Notes: generated by a model not told the origin, from the sequence alone. 20,000 nt of DNA from an uncultured virus (IMG/VR IMGVR_UViG_3300011334_000503) (IMGVR_UViG_3300011334_000503), one strand, 5' to 3'. Numbered from the stretch's first letter, positions 6,647 to 14,793 are shown. Made by a program: numbers and translations.

Positions 6647-7402
6647 TTATCTGCATTTAGACATGCTAGCAGCTGTTCTGTTTCCTTCGTCGTCAACTCT
6701 ATAGCACTTACCGTTGATTAATTGGTAACTAGATTCGTATTCATTTATTTGACTTTCGAAATTTTTTCCTTTAGCAGCTGCTTCTGAATGAGCATCAATA
6801 AACATCTTACACATTTCTAATACGTCTTCTGGTTCGAATCCATCGTCAAGCAAAAACATAATGCCCTTTTCGATCTGATCTCCACCCAAATCAAACATCC
6901 TGTCAAAGTCTCCGCTATCAACAGGACTAGCGGCATCTCTTTGAGCTTGAGCGAAAGAATCGTCAGCGTAGACGTTCTCTGGCTTTTCTAATTCGTTAGT
7001 GATAGCGGGACCACTTTTTGCATCATACTTTCCGTCGTACTGCTCACCGTCTGGTTCGCCTTCGCTCATCTCACCGTTAAGAAGTTCAGGATAATAATGC
7101 GCAATAGACTCTTCGTCCATGTCATAGAATTCGCTTCTAAGATAACCAAGAATGTCTTCCTTTCTACCAGTAACTTCGTAAGTACCAGGATTTTCTGTCT
7201 CTTTTACTTGGATATTAAAATCAGCAAATGATCTTTGCGCGTATGTATCCATTGCAGGATCCCATGACATATCAAGTTCAATAGTCATCATGTCGCTCTC
7301 CTCTTCTCTTAGAGGCATAAGATCAACGTAACCGCCGATGCTTTCGTTAAGCAGTTTGTTTCCGTGGCGTAGATAGCCTTTTAAATCGAAATTATCTTGC
7401 AT
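6647..7402 (-). CDS. Acidic hypothetical protein, candidate internal head protein
   Basis: 251 aa, Asp/Glu-rich, starts MQDNFDLKGYLRHGNKLLNE. Preceded by CATATTTATAA. Confidence 0.75.
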   Translation of the reverse strand: MQDNFDLKGYLRHGNKLLNESIGGYVDLMPLREEESDMMTIELDMSWDPAMDTYAQRSFADFNIQVKETENPGTYEVTGRKEDILGYLRSEFYDMDEESIAHYYPELLNGEMSEGEPDGEQYDGKYDAKSGPAITNELEKPENVYADDSFAQAQRDAASPVDSGDFDRMFDLGGDQIEKGIMFLLDDGFEPEDVLEMCKMFIDAHSEAAAKGKNFESQINEYESSYQLINGKCYRVDDEGNRTAASMSKCR

Positions 7403-7482
7403 TGCTTTATTTTTTGGTTATAAATATGCGTTCGGTAAGAACAAAAATCCCCCAGTTGGGGCCCTATACACGTATATACACA

Positions 7483-7974
7483 CTACCTTATGGTGAGCAG
7501 TTGACCGAGCTCCTCGATCACTTTAACAGCGTCAGCCGATTTGATCTCAAACCCTTCACGACGTGGATTGACCCTGTACCCCATAAGTTCTAGCCTTTCG
7601 TGCACCGCTTGTTCAAGGATCCTAGAGTTCAAACACTTATACTTGTAAACAGGAATCCAAGGAGTAATGACGCCTGTGGCCGAGTTGATCTCTTTAACTC
7701 GTTGGTTAACGCTAGTCGTAGTCATGCCAATCTTGCAGATCCCAGGTATTCCCTTGTTGACGAGAACGTAGACAAATTCAGGCTTATGAACCGAATCAGT
7801 AGGATCCATGATACCTTCTTGATAATAAGTAACATCGTCCCAGCCCTCAAATTCGGGATCTTGACTCGGAGTAAACGTAAACGCTACGGCCTTGCGACAG
7901 CAGTTAGGATCTCCAGATTGGATCTTTACGTACCTATATGTCTCTTCTTGAGTTATCCTTTTCATCGGTTCCAT
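7483..7974 (-). CDS. T5orf172/MUG113-like (GIY-YIG superfamily) protein
   Basis: FVYVLVNKGIPGICKIGMT...QRVKEINSATGV...LEQAVHERL...RVNPRREGF is the T5orf172 signature. Confidence 0.85.
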   Translation of the reverse strand: MEPMKRITQEETYRYVKIQSGDPNCCRKAVAFTFTPSQDPEFEGWDDVTYYQEGIMDPTDSVHKPEFVYVLVNKGIPGICKIGMTTTSVNQRVKEINSATGVITPWIPVYKYKCLNSRILEQAVHERLELMGYRVNPRREGFEIKSADAVKVIEELGQLLTIR

Positions 7975-7980
7975 AATAGA

Positions 7981-8265
7981 TTATTTAGAGAACAAAGTCT
8001 TGATAGCTAACCAAAGCAAAGCAAAAGGAGCAGCAAAAACGGCAGATAGGGCAAGAGCAGCTATGTGGATTACGTAGCCGCAGATAAAGAAGCCAGCGCT
8101 AAAACCAACGACCTTTCCGCCAAGGCTCACATCGAACGGCATGATAAGAAACCCAAGGATAAACGCGGCCAAGAGAATCATGGCCAGACCAGCAAGGATC
8201 CTAAAGAATTTAACGGTCAAAAAACCGATAGCGAGGCAGACCAAGATAAAGATAACGTACGACAT
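7981..8265 (-). CDS. Small membrane protein (multi-TM)
   Basis: Almost entirely hydrophobic. Likely start MSYVIFIL after AAAGTT. Confidence 0.7.
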   Translation of the reverse strand: MSYVIFILVCLAIGFLTVKFFRILAGLAMILLAAFILGFLIMPFDVSLGGKVVGFSAGFFICGYVIHIAALALSAVFAAPFALLWLAIKTLFSK

Positions 8266-8398
8266 AACTTTAATTTTTAGACTCAAAAGACCCACAACAA
8301 TCGGCCTGCTGCATCCGGCTAACCAGGTCAGATCAGGACCCGACTGTTGTGTATAATCTTAAGAGAGAGTTTTAGTAGCCCAAAACAGCTCGGGTGAC

Positions 8399-8548
8399 TT
8401 AGACGGCTTGAGAGTAGGTGAGCGCTTGGTAATACATACCTTTTTCTGTGAAAGGATTAGAATACAGGTTCCATCCTCGTGATAGTCGTTGGTTAACCTG
8501 TTCTGCTAGTTCTTGCGCGTTTGAGGCGCTTAGGATTGCGTACTGCAT
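8399..8548 (-). CDS. DUF1737-like small protein (49 aa, not in the ORF track)
   Basis: Manual translation MQYAILSASNAQELAEQVNQRLSRGWNLYSNPFTEKGMYYQALTYSQAV* matches the Y..L...L...VN..L..GW...P.....YQA pattern. Confidence 0.7.
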   Translation of the reverse strand: MQYAILSASNAQELAEQVNQRLSRGWNLYSNPFTEKGMYYQALTYSQAV

Positions 8549-8551
8549 ATA

Positions 8552-8734
8552 CTATTTGTTTTTGGTGATTGATTCGATTCTTTCGGTCTTGATCCAGGCT
8601 GTTAGGATCCATATAGCGCATGCTAGAGGCCAAGACCAGGCCGAAAAGCCCGACTGAAACGTGAAGACTGCTGCTGTGATAGAGCTAACAAGACCGAGAA
8701 CGAAAAACGTCCTTTCTAGATTGATCATTTTCAT
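8552..8734 (-). CDS. Small two-TM membrane protein
   Basis: 60 aa with two hydrophobic segments. AAAGTT-ATG start and an upstream GTAAATTTAC motif. Confidence 0.65.
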   Translation of the reverse strand: MKMINLERTFFVLGLVSSITAAVFTFQSGFSAWSWPLACAIWILTAWIKTERIESITKNK

Positions 8735-8756
8735 AACTTTCGTATTTTAGGTAAAT

Positions 8757-9020
8757 TTACTGCTTTTTTTCTAATTCTGAAAGTTGATCTTTGTAGTGAG
8801 CTATGGACTCAGAGTAACTGGCTAGCCCCTGACGCATGACCTTAAGGTCACTTTTAAGGTCGACGATCTGCTCCTCTTGCAAATTGACTAGTCGTTTTAG
8901 GTGGTTGATGATCTCGTCCCGATCTTTGATTGCCTCTTTGTAAAGTGCGATTAGGTCTGACTGAGTGGCGATTAGACTGACCATTGCCTCTTGCGTTTCT
9001 GCTTTGAATAGGTTAAACAT
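8757..9020 (-). CDS. Coiled-coil hypothetical protein
   Basis: 87 aa with heptad Leu/Ile periodicity. Confidence 0.65.
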   Translation of the reverse strand: MFNLFKAETQEAMVSLIATQSDLIALYKEAIKDRDEIINHLKRLVNLQEEQIVDLKSDLKVMRQGLASYSESIAHYKDQLSELEKKQ

Positions 9021-9046
9021 ATTTCTGTATTTACTTTTTTGACAGG

Positions 9047-9289
9047 TTAGAAATTTTTCTCGGGGTTTAAGAACAGATCGAAGTACGCGTGATCGAAAGC
9101 TGAGGCCAGGTCCGTGCCTTTGATGTATATATTTTTAACCTCGTACAGATACTCGTCCAGAATTCCGTCGTACTTTGCGCGTGTAAGGTATTCCATCAAT
9201 TGCTTGAATTCGTTGTAGTCCAGGACTTCCGAGATTTCGTTCAGACTTATAGCGAGAAAGGTGAGGTCGTTTGTAAGATCCGTATTCAT
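9047..9289 (-). CDS. Hypothetical protein (paralog of 9300-9524)
   Basis: Likely start MNTDLTNDL at 9289. Aligns by eye with the neighbouring ORF. Confidence 0.65.
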   Translation of the reverse strand: MNTDLTNDLTFLAISLNEISEVLDYNEFKQLMEYLTRAKYDGILDEYLYEVKNIYIKGTDLASAFDHAYFDLFLNPEKNF

Positions 9290-9299
9290 TGTATTTTTT

Positions 9300-9524
9300 T
9301 TAATAAAGGTCTCCTGGTTCTTCTGCAATTACTTCGTTCTCGTAGGCACAAAAGAGAGCAGCTTGCATAGGGTGTCCAATGTTGATGTAAAACTGTATCT
9401 TGTCTAGGTACGCATAGAGTCTGTTTATTTTCTGTGCTTCTGGTAAAGTTTCTAGAAAGGATTGGAAGTCTTCGGGAGTAACATTGTTCTCTATGATTTT
9501 TAGTAGTGGAATCAAATCTGTCAT
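9300..9524 (-). CDS. Hypothetical protein (paralog of 9047-9289)
   Basis: Likely start MTDLIPLLK at 9524. Confidence 0.65.
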   Translation of the reverse strand: MTDLIPLLKIIENNVTPEDFQSFLETLPEAQKINRLYAYLDKIQFYINIGHPMQAALFCAYENEVIAEEPGDLY

Positions 9525-9689
9525 GTGTAAATTTGTAAATATGTTTTTGATTAGGTGAAATTTTTCTGGGAGTTGGCGACGGACCAAAGCATAGGGCCCC
9601 GGCCCCTGGCCCTTCCTGGCTCCGAAAACTAATGCTTTGGCAGGGAGCTAGCGCACCGCTAGTGGTACGCCAGCACCTTGCCGCCGCTC

Positions 9690-10496
9690 TTAGTTCGCGT
9701 AGGCGTCTGCTAATGTCCAGAGACCTTGGTTGAGGGTCATGTCCTGTATAGGATTGGTGATCGGCCTAGCTGTTCTGTTGTTCATCTGGAATCCTCCTTT
9801 GATCAGATTCTCTTGGACTCGGTTGAAGACGTGCCACAACGTATTGCTGTCATCCTCTCTGCGTCGTGAAGACAGGATCTCGTTGATCTCGTAGTCTTCG
9901 GCTTGGCGATCGGTGTTGAGTCGCATCGCTAATGCCTCGATAGCGAAGGCGGACCGCTGTCCTGCTGTCATCTCTATTCCGTTCCACCTAGAGATCTTGC
10001 CTACTACTGAGCTCATGCCTTCGATCTTCTCAGAGATAAGGTCCTTTACGGATTGGAAGTCCAGCTTTGTGTGGCGCTCTCTGAATCCTCCGAAGTCTTG
10101 GTCCTTGATCATGAGGCCGTTGGAACATACTAACCTAAACATTCCCATCTCGAACTTGATCGGCATTACGCCGTCGTGGGAGTTAACCAAGATCACGGTT
10201 GGCTTGGCTTCTAGCTTACCGTCAGAACCCTTGACAGACAATTCTGGGTGCTGGAACTGTACGATGTGCGTACCGAAGTCCTTTCTGAGGTCGCTCTTTG
10301 TGGCTGACTGCTTAGCATCTGTGAGGACAAAGCCGAGGTCGTTCATGTGGCTGATGACTTCGGTTGTCGGTGTGAACTTGTAGCGGTTTAAATTGATGTG
10401 CGCTGCGGGTCTGGTGGCTGCGATGGCTGGTGCCTTTTCGATTGCTTCTTCGAGGCTGAGTACGCGGCTAGTGTTGAAGGTGCTAATGTTGTTCAT
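9690..10496 (-). CDS. DUF932 domain protein
   Basis: APAI.A......Y.F.PT.EVI..M...GF, H.V.F, ILVNSHDG, GMFRLVCSNGL, RRREDD.NTLWHVFNRVQENLIKGG and LNQGLW.LA are DUF932 hallmarks. Confidence 0.9.
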   Translation of the reverse strand: MNNISTFNTSRVLSLEEAIEKAPAIAATRPAAHINLNRYKFTPTTEVISHMNDLGFVLTDAKQSATKSDLRKDFGTHIVQFQHPELSVKGSDGKLEAKPTVILVNSHDGVMPIKFEMGMFRLVCSNGLMIKDQDFGGFRERHTKLDFQSVKDLISEKIEGMSSVVGKISRWNGIEMTAGQRSAFAIEALAMRLNTDRQAEDYEINEILSSRRREDDSNTLWHVFNRVQENLIKGGFQMNNRTARPITNPIQDMTLNQGLWTLADAYAN

Positions 10497-10583
10497 AACT
10501 TTTATTTTTTGTTCTATGTAAATATAATCGTTTCTGGTGATCTGGTAAAACTTTTCTTAAAGTATTTTAGAAAGTTTTTATTG

Positions 10584-10802
10584 TCAACCAACGGGTTGTG
10601 TCAGGTTGGTTAATACCTGATGGAGGTACTCTACTTCCAGACTTTCTTTACAGTACTGCTCTTCCATCCACTTGGCGTTCTTGTGGGTGGAGTCTTCTCC
10701 AAATAGTCTGATCATCTCCTCGATCCTCTGGAGTCTGGTATCAAGTGCTGTTCTGAGAAGCTCGATCTGACGGTCGTTAAGTTCTAAGTTGTGGTAAGTC
10801 AT
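10584..10802 (-). CDS. Hypothetical protein
   Basis: Likely start MTYHNLEL at 10802; helical, 72 aa. Confidence 0.6.
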   Translation of the reverse strand: MTYHNLELNDRQIELLRTALDTRLQRIEEMIRLFGEDSTHKNAKWMEEQYCKESLEVEYLHQVLTNLTQPVG

Positions 10803-11189
10803 GCTCTTATTGTTTGGTAACAGGGTAAAAGTACCCCTTTCTGGTGACAATATATAGTACTAGAGCAAGTATTTTTAGAAGTTTTTAGTTTGTCTAATCC
10901 TGGAATCCTGGGCTGAGGGTCATCTAACCAGGTCCCCTGGGGCTGAATGGGGTTTAGCCTCCAGACCTGCATTGGCTTCTATTGGAAATCAGCGCGTTAT
11001 GAAACTACAATACCCCTGCGTCTTGGCATGGGGTGCAACTGGGGGGTGAGATATGTTTACTTTCGCGTCTGGCTTTAGAGAGGATCCAGCGGCTCTGACC
11101 TTTATTCTTTAGTATTCGTCTCTTCGTCCCTTGTTATTGCTCCGTCCAGCGGTGCAGGGAATGTCACTCCTACTGTCAATAAATATCTG

Positions 11190-11246
11190 AAAAAAGAAAA
11201 GGAGGCGGGGACTGAAAGAATCTGTTACCAAACCCAGTCCCCGCTT
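11190..11246 (-). terminator. Rho-independent terminator
   Basis: GCGGGGACTG/CAGTCCCCGC 10-bp stem with a long loop, followed by CTCCTTTTCTTTTTT, just after the 11263 stop. Confidence 0.75.
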
Positions 11247-11262
11247 ACCTTAGGGTGAAGGC

Positions 11263-11514
11263 TTAGTTCATTACTGAATCAAGCTTCTTGACGTTAGAGA
11301 TACGACCGCGGGTCATATCGTAGGCCTTGTTCAGGATAACGTCGTTAAAATACTTACCACTTACTACGTCAGAGACGTGTGTAGCTGAATACCCGGTTGC
11401 TTCTGACACGCGAGTGATATCGCCTGTACGGAGTTTACGGTTGATCCTAGCGGCTTTCTGAATGTAGGTCAGCTTAGTGTAAGAGCTTGGCCTGCTTGAG
11501 TTTGATGTTTGCAT
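11263..11514 (-). CDS. Small basic HTH-like DNA-binding protein
   Basis: 'GDITRVSEATGYSATHVSDVVSG' fits a helix-turn-helix. It is a monocistronic unit with its own promoter motif and terminator. Confidence 0.65.
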   Translation of the reverse strand: MQTSNSSRPSSYTKLTYIQKAARINRKLRTGDITRVSEATGYSATHVSDVVSGKYFNDVILNKAYDMTRGRISNVKKLDSVMN

Positions 11515-11550
11515 GTAACCTGTTTTTGTTGTTTGTTATTTAATTAACCT

Positions 11551-11565
11551 ATGTAAATATACGAC
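11551..11565 (-). promoter_or_regulatory. Putative promoter GTCGTATATTTACAT
   Basis: Identical to the motif upstream of the tRNA cluster. Confidence 0.65.
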
Positions 11566-11846
11566 TTATTTGCTTCTGTATTGTTGCTTATGTTTTCGGT
11601 ACGTATCTTTTTTTCACTTTTTTCTTTTATTTTTTTGTTTCGTTGCGATAGCAGGTTGTATTGTACTAAGAACGTTTATTTTTTTGTTTAGGTGGGTTTA
11701 CAGGTTTACTGTTACCCCGTTATTTTATTTTTTTCTTGCGAGTATTCCCCCCCTTAGGGACGTTATAAAAAGGGACCCGCTTTCTTCGTTGCTATACGGT
11801 TTTCTTACCCACTCGGTCATCGTGTCATATACCACCGTTTTCTTTG

Positions 11847-12032
11847 TCAAGGTGTCATAGAGGGGATTGCCGCTTTTGTCACTATCTGTATGTCACCTTG
11901 TCCTATCAGGTAGCCTTGTATAAAGCCATTGATCCAAAACTGTTTGTCGTACTCGTCGCAGTGGTGACACCCCTCCCACGTTTCTTCTGCCAGTTTTCTT
12001 ATCTCTTCTAGCGTGAGTTCTTTCTTTTGCAT
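11847..12032 (-). CDS. Hypothetical protein
   Basis: 61 aa with a CxxC motif, 1 nt downstream of the gcvH stop. Confidence 0.65.
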   Translation of the reverse strand: MQKKELTLEEIRKLAEETWEGCHHCDEYDKQFWINGFIQGYLIGQGDIQIVTKAAIPSMTP

Positions 12033-12033
12033 G

Positions 12034-12417
12034 TTAGTATCCTACTAGGGCTTTGTATTGTTCTGCTGTTAGTAGATCCTTTGTTTCTTCTTTGTTCTCT
12101 ATCTGCACCTTTACCATCCAACCTTGACCGTAAGGATCTGTATTCACTAGTTCTGGACTTGTATCCATTAGGGGATTTGTTTCTGGTATCCTTGCTGATA
12201 TTGGCATGAACAGGTCTGATACTGTCTTTACTGCTTCCACTGTTCCGAAGGTTGTGTCTTTGGTTATCTCCTTGGTTGATGGTTTCTCTGTCTCTACGTA
12301 TATTATGTCTCCCAGTTCGGACTGTGCAAACTCTGTTATTCCTATTGTGGCTTTGTCCTCCTCTATTAGGATCCACTCGTGTTCTTTTGTGTATCTAAGA
12401 GTCTCGGGAAATGTCAT
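12034..12417 (-). CDS. gcvH: Glycine cleavage system H protein (lipoyl carrier)
   Basis: YTKEHEWI, ATIGITEFAQSELGDIIYVE, FGTVEAVKTVSDL (lipoyl-Lys intact) and PELVNTDPYGQGWM. Confidence 0.95.
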   Translation of the reverse strand: MTFPETLRYTKEHEWILIEEDKATIGITEFAQSELGDIIYVETEKPSTKEITKDTTFGTVEAVKTVSDLFMPISARIPETNPLMDTSPELVNTDPYGQGWMVKVQIENKEETKDLLTAEQYKALVGY

Positions 12418-12635
12418 TGGTTATTTGTATTAAAGGTTTCAAGGTAGTATTCTTCTGCCGTTAACGCTCTACCTAAAAATGTAGGTAGGTTTCCGTGTTT
12501 CCATGATTCTATTATCTGCTCCTTGAATACGAGTTTTGCATCTTCTAATATTTGGTTAGGATCACACTCTACTGTACCCATTAGACATTTTCTTAAAGCT
12601 TGATCGTAAAATTCTACTGCTGTTTGGTGTGTCAT
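12414..12635 (-). CDS. Small phage protein, 'QTAVE...AEEYY.ETF' family
   Basis: Paralog of 14363-14581 and 14794-14991. Confidence 0.75.
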   Translation of the reverse strand: MTHQTAVEFYDQALRKCLMGTVECDPNQILEDAKLVFKEQIIESWKHGNLPTFLGRALTAEEYYLETFNTNNQ

Positions 12636-12636
12636 A

Positions 12637-12855
12637 TTATAGTTTTTCTATTTCTTTTTGTACTTGTTGCCAATATTTTACCCTTGCTTCAATTACATCC
12701 ATTGAAACTGATGGTTCTATGTTTGCTATTATCTCATTCACTGCTATCAATGCACATTTCTTTTTATGTTCCCAATTCTCTTTACCGTATACCCAACCGT
12801 CTGTCAATGTAATATATTTATGGACTAACTCCTGTGCTTTTTCTTTTGGTGCCAT
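12637..12855 (-). CDS. Small phage protein, 'PKEKA..LV...YWQ.V..EIEKL' family
   Basis: Paralog of 13572-13805 and 19137-19370. Confidence 0.75.
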   Translation of the reverse strand: MAPKEKAQELVHKYITLTDGWVYGKENWEHKKKCALIAVNEIIANIEPSVSMDVIEARVKYWQQVQKEIEKL

Positions 12856-12857
12856 AG

Positions 12858-13217
12858 TTATTTGTTTTTAACTGATTGAATTAGTTTTTTCAAGCATTCA
12901 AGTTGGGCTTGTTCAATAGATAAATTTCTATCATATTCAATAAACCTATTGTGGGTTCTATTATACACAACGAATCCATATAATTCATTTAATGGTTCTA
13001 TTTGAACAAACCCATCTATGTTATGCTTCTCTCTAAACCACCGGAAGGCTTGTTGGTATAGTGGGGCAGGAATAATATAATCATCTCCACTTGTCATAGT
13101 TGCTAAATGGTATGAAAAACTTTCTCCTTCATAATAACTTAAACATGGTTCATCAAACCCAAGTTCTTTAAGTTCTAACGCTTGTTCGTATGGGATAAAT
13201 TCTGTTTGTTGTGCCAT
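12858..13217 (-). CDS. Conserved phage hypothetical protein ('EFIPYEQALELKELGFDEPC...APLYQQAFRWFREKH')
   Basis: 119 aa; a recurrent motif in Bacteroidota phages. Confidence 0.75.
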   Translation of the reverse strand: MAQQTEFIPYEQALELKELGFDEPCLSYYEGESFSYHLATMTSGDDYIIPAPLYQQAFRWFREKHNIDGFVQIEPLNELYGFVVYNRTHNRFIEYDRNLSIEQAQLECLKKLIQSVKNK

Positions 13218-13240
13218 AGTTTATTTGTTATAGGTTTTAC

Positions 13241-13570
13241 TTACAGTAACGTTACTCCTCCCATTCTCATATAGTCACTCATGCCTAATGTGCCTTCTTC
13301 TACTTTATCGTAAGTCATTTCAAATATCTCTGGCTTACATGGATAGATTTCTCCTTGTACTCCTTTGATTATGTAATCTCCACAGTCTCCTCTCATGATT
13401 CCCTCTAAGGTTTTTATTTCACAATAGTATTCTGATGGATCTCTTACGTCCGTTCCTACGTAAGTTATAATCTGGTTAGAGGTTACTTTGTCACTAAACC
13501 AATCCGGTCTCGGGTCTATTCCGTATTTGAATGCTTCTATTACTACCGGTTTCTTTCTGTATTGTGCCAT
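13241..13570 (-). CDS. Conserved phage protein ('YRKKPVVIEA...TLEG...GDYIIKGVQGEIYPCKPEIF', PGDYG-like)
   Basis: Widely conserved phage family signature. Confidence 0.8.
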   Translation of the reverse strand: MAQYRKKPVVIEAFKYGIDPRPDWFSDKVTSNQIITYVGTDVRDPSEYYCEIKTLEGIMRGDCGDYIIKGVQGEIYPCKPEIFEMTYDKVEEGTLGMSDYMRMGGVTLL

Positions 13571-13571
13571 A

Positions 13572-13805
13572 CTATAGTTTTACTATTTCTTTTTTTACTT
13601 CTTGCCAATAATTTATTATCCATTCACAGTAATCATCATCCGCAAAATGTGTATGGTCTAATTCATTAATAATCTCATCCACTGTTCTTAATCCGCATTG
13701 TATTGCCATTTCTTTAGTCATATATCTTGGCGTATTATACTCTTGTTCGTCGCTAAGATCCATGTATTGATCAACTAATTGCATTGCTTTTTCTTTCGGT
13801 GTCAT
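13572..13805 (-). CDS. Small phage protein, 'TPKEKA' family
   Basis: Paralog of 12637-12855. Confidence 0.75.
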   Translation of the reverse strand: MTPKEKAMQLVDQYMDLSDEQEYNTPRYMTKEMAIQCGLRTVDEIINELDHTHFADDDYCEWIINYWQEVKKEIVKL

Positions 13806-13808
13806 AGC

Positions 13809-14063
13809 TTACTTGTTTATTACTTCAAATAGGTGCCAAACGAACATCATGTCTTGCCATGTTCCGATGTACTTCTTGTTTGTGTCATCGAAAATGTGTC
13901 CTGTGCCTACCACTTCAAACACTCTCTTCTCTGTCTCTGCTTCTGGATCTACTAAAGCCCAAATACACGTATTAAATGAATCTTGCATTTGAACTGTTAG
14001 AATCTCTGCTCCCTTGGGCATCTCGATAACGTTCTCTACTGTAAACTTCCAAATCTGTTTCAT
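13809..14063 (-). CDS. Conserved small phage protein ('IWKF...MPKGAEILTVQ...VGTGH...YIGT...VWHLFE')
   Basis: Recognisable widespread phage family of unknown function. Confidence 0.8.
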   Translation of the reverse strand: MKQIWKFTVENVIEMPKGAEILTVQMQDSFNTCIWALVDPEAETEKRVFEVVGTGHIFDDTNKKYIGTWQDMMFVWHLFEVINK

Positions 14064-14068
14064 ACTAT

Positions 14069-14359
14069 TTATTTTTTATCTATATAAGTTAAAGTCATTG
14101 GCTTCTTGTATTCCATTTCAACTACTCTATAGAAGTATCCATCCACACTATTTGTACTGTTCTTTACGTACTTGTCAAAGAACCTCTTAAACCAAGATCC
14201 TTTAAATATAACAACTTGAAATCTTTCTACGTAATCCATTCCGTCTTCTTCGCTTATTAATCCTTGGCTGATTAGACTACCGATTACAAGCTCTTTCACT
14301 TTGTTTGCGTGTATAGTATCTGTTTCTATACTTAATACTTGATTGTCAATTGCTGCCAT
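14069..14359 (-). CDS. Hypothetical protein
   Basis: 96 aa; starts at the repeated TAAACTATGGCA junction. Confidence 0.7.
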   Translation of the reverse strand: MAAIDNQVLSIETDTIHANKVKELVIGSLISQGLISEEDGMDYVERFQVVIFKGSWFKRFFDKYVKNSTNSVDGYFYRVVEMEYKKPMTLTYIDKK

Positions 14360-14362
14360 AGT

Positions 14363-14581
14363 TTATTTGTTATATGTTTCGTTGTAGTATTCTTCGTAAT
14401 CCTCAATGTCCACTCCGTTATTATTTCCAAATTTTACACAAGCATTTATTATCTGCTCTTTCTCTATTTCTTTGGATAATTCAGTTATATCTATAACCTG
14501 CTGCCAAGTCATTTTTTCTCCTTTTGCTTGAAGTTTTTTCCAACGATTTACCAACCATTCAACTGCTGTTTGTTGTGCCAT
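14363..14581 (-). CDS. Small phage protein, 'QTAVEWL...EEYYNETYNK' family
   Basis: Paralog family member. Confidence 0.75.
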   Translation of the reverse strand: MAQQTAVEWLVNRWKKLQAKGEKMTWQQVIDITELSKEIEKEQIINACVKFGNNNGVDIEDYEEYYNETYNK

Positions 14582-14584
14582 AGT

Positions 14585-14791
14585 TTATTTGTTTATATCT
14601 ATTAAGAGTTTAAAGAGCGCGATTGTTATCATCAATGTAACTACACTTCCCGCAAGTAATAGTCCGTGAGGAGATGCATCCATTCCATCCTCTTCCATAA
14701 TCTGAAAAGCCTTTCTGATTATCCAATTATACAAGTGTTGTACTAGTATGATGCATAAACATAGGGAAATTGTTGCGATTGTAAGTGCCAT
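14585..14791 (-). CDS. Small two-TM membrane protein
   Basis: 68 aa with two hydrophobic stretches. Confidence 0.7.
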   Translation of the reverse strand: MALTIATISLCLCIILVQHLYNWIIRKAFQIMEEDGMDASPHGLLLAGSVVTLMITIALFKLLIDINK

Positions 14792-14793
14792 AG

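Noticed and set aside
11722..11850. Possible ~41-aa - strand ORF starting with TTG after 11847
   Set aside because: Weak start, no motif, and located in the compositionally skewed tract where open frames arise by chance.
12008..12376. 122-aa alternative-frame ORF overlapping gcvH
   Set aside because: It is Arg/Asn/Ser-rich and explained by local T depletion removing stop codons.
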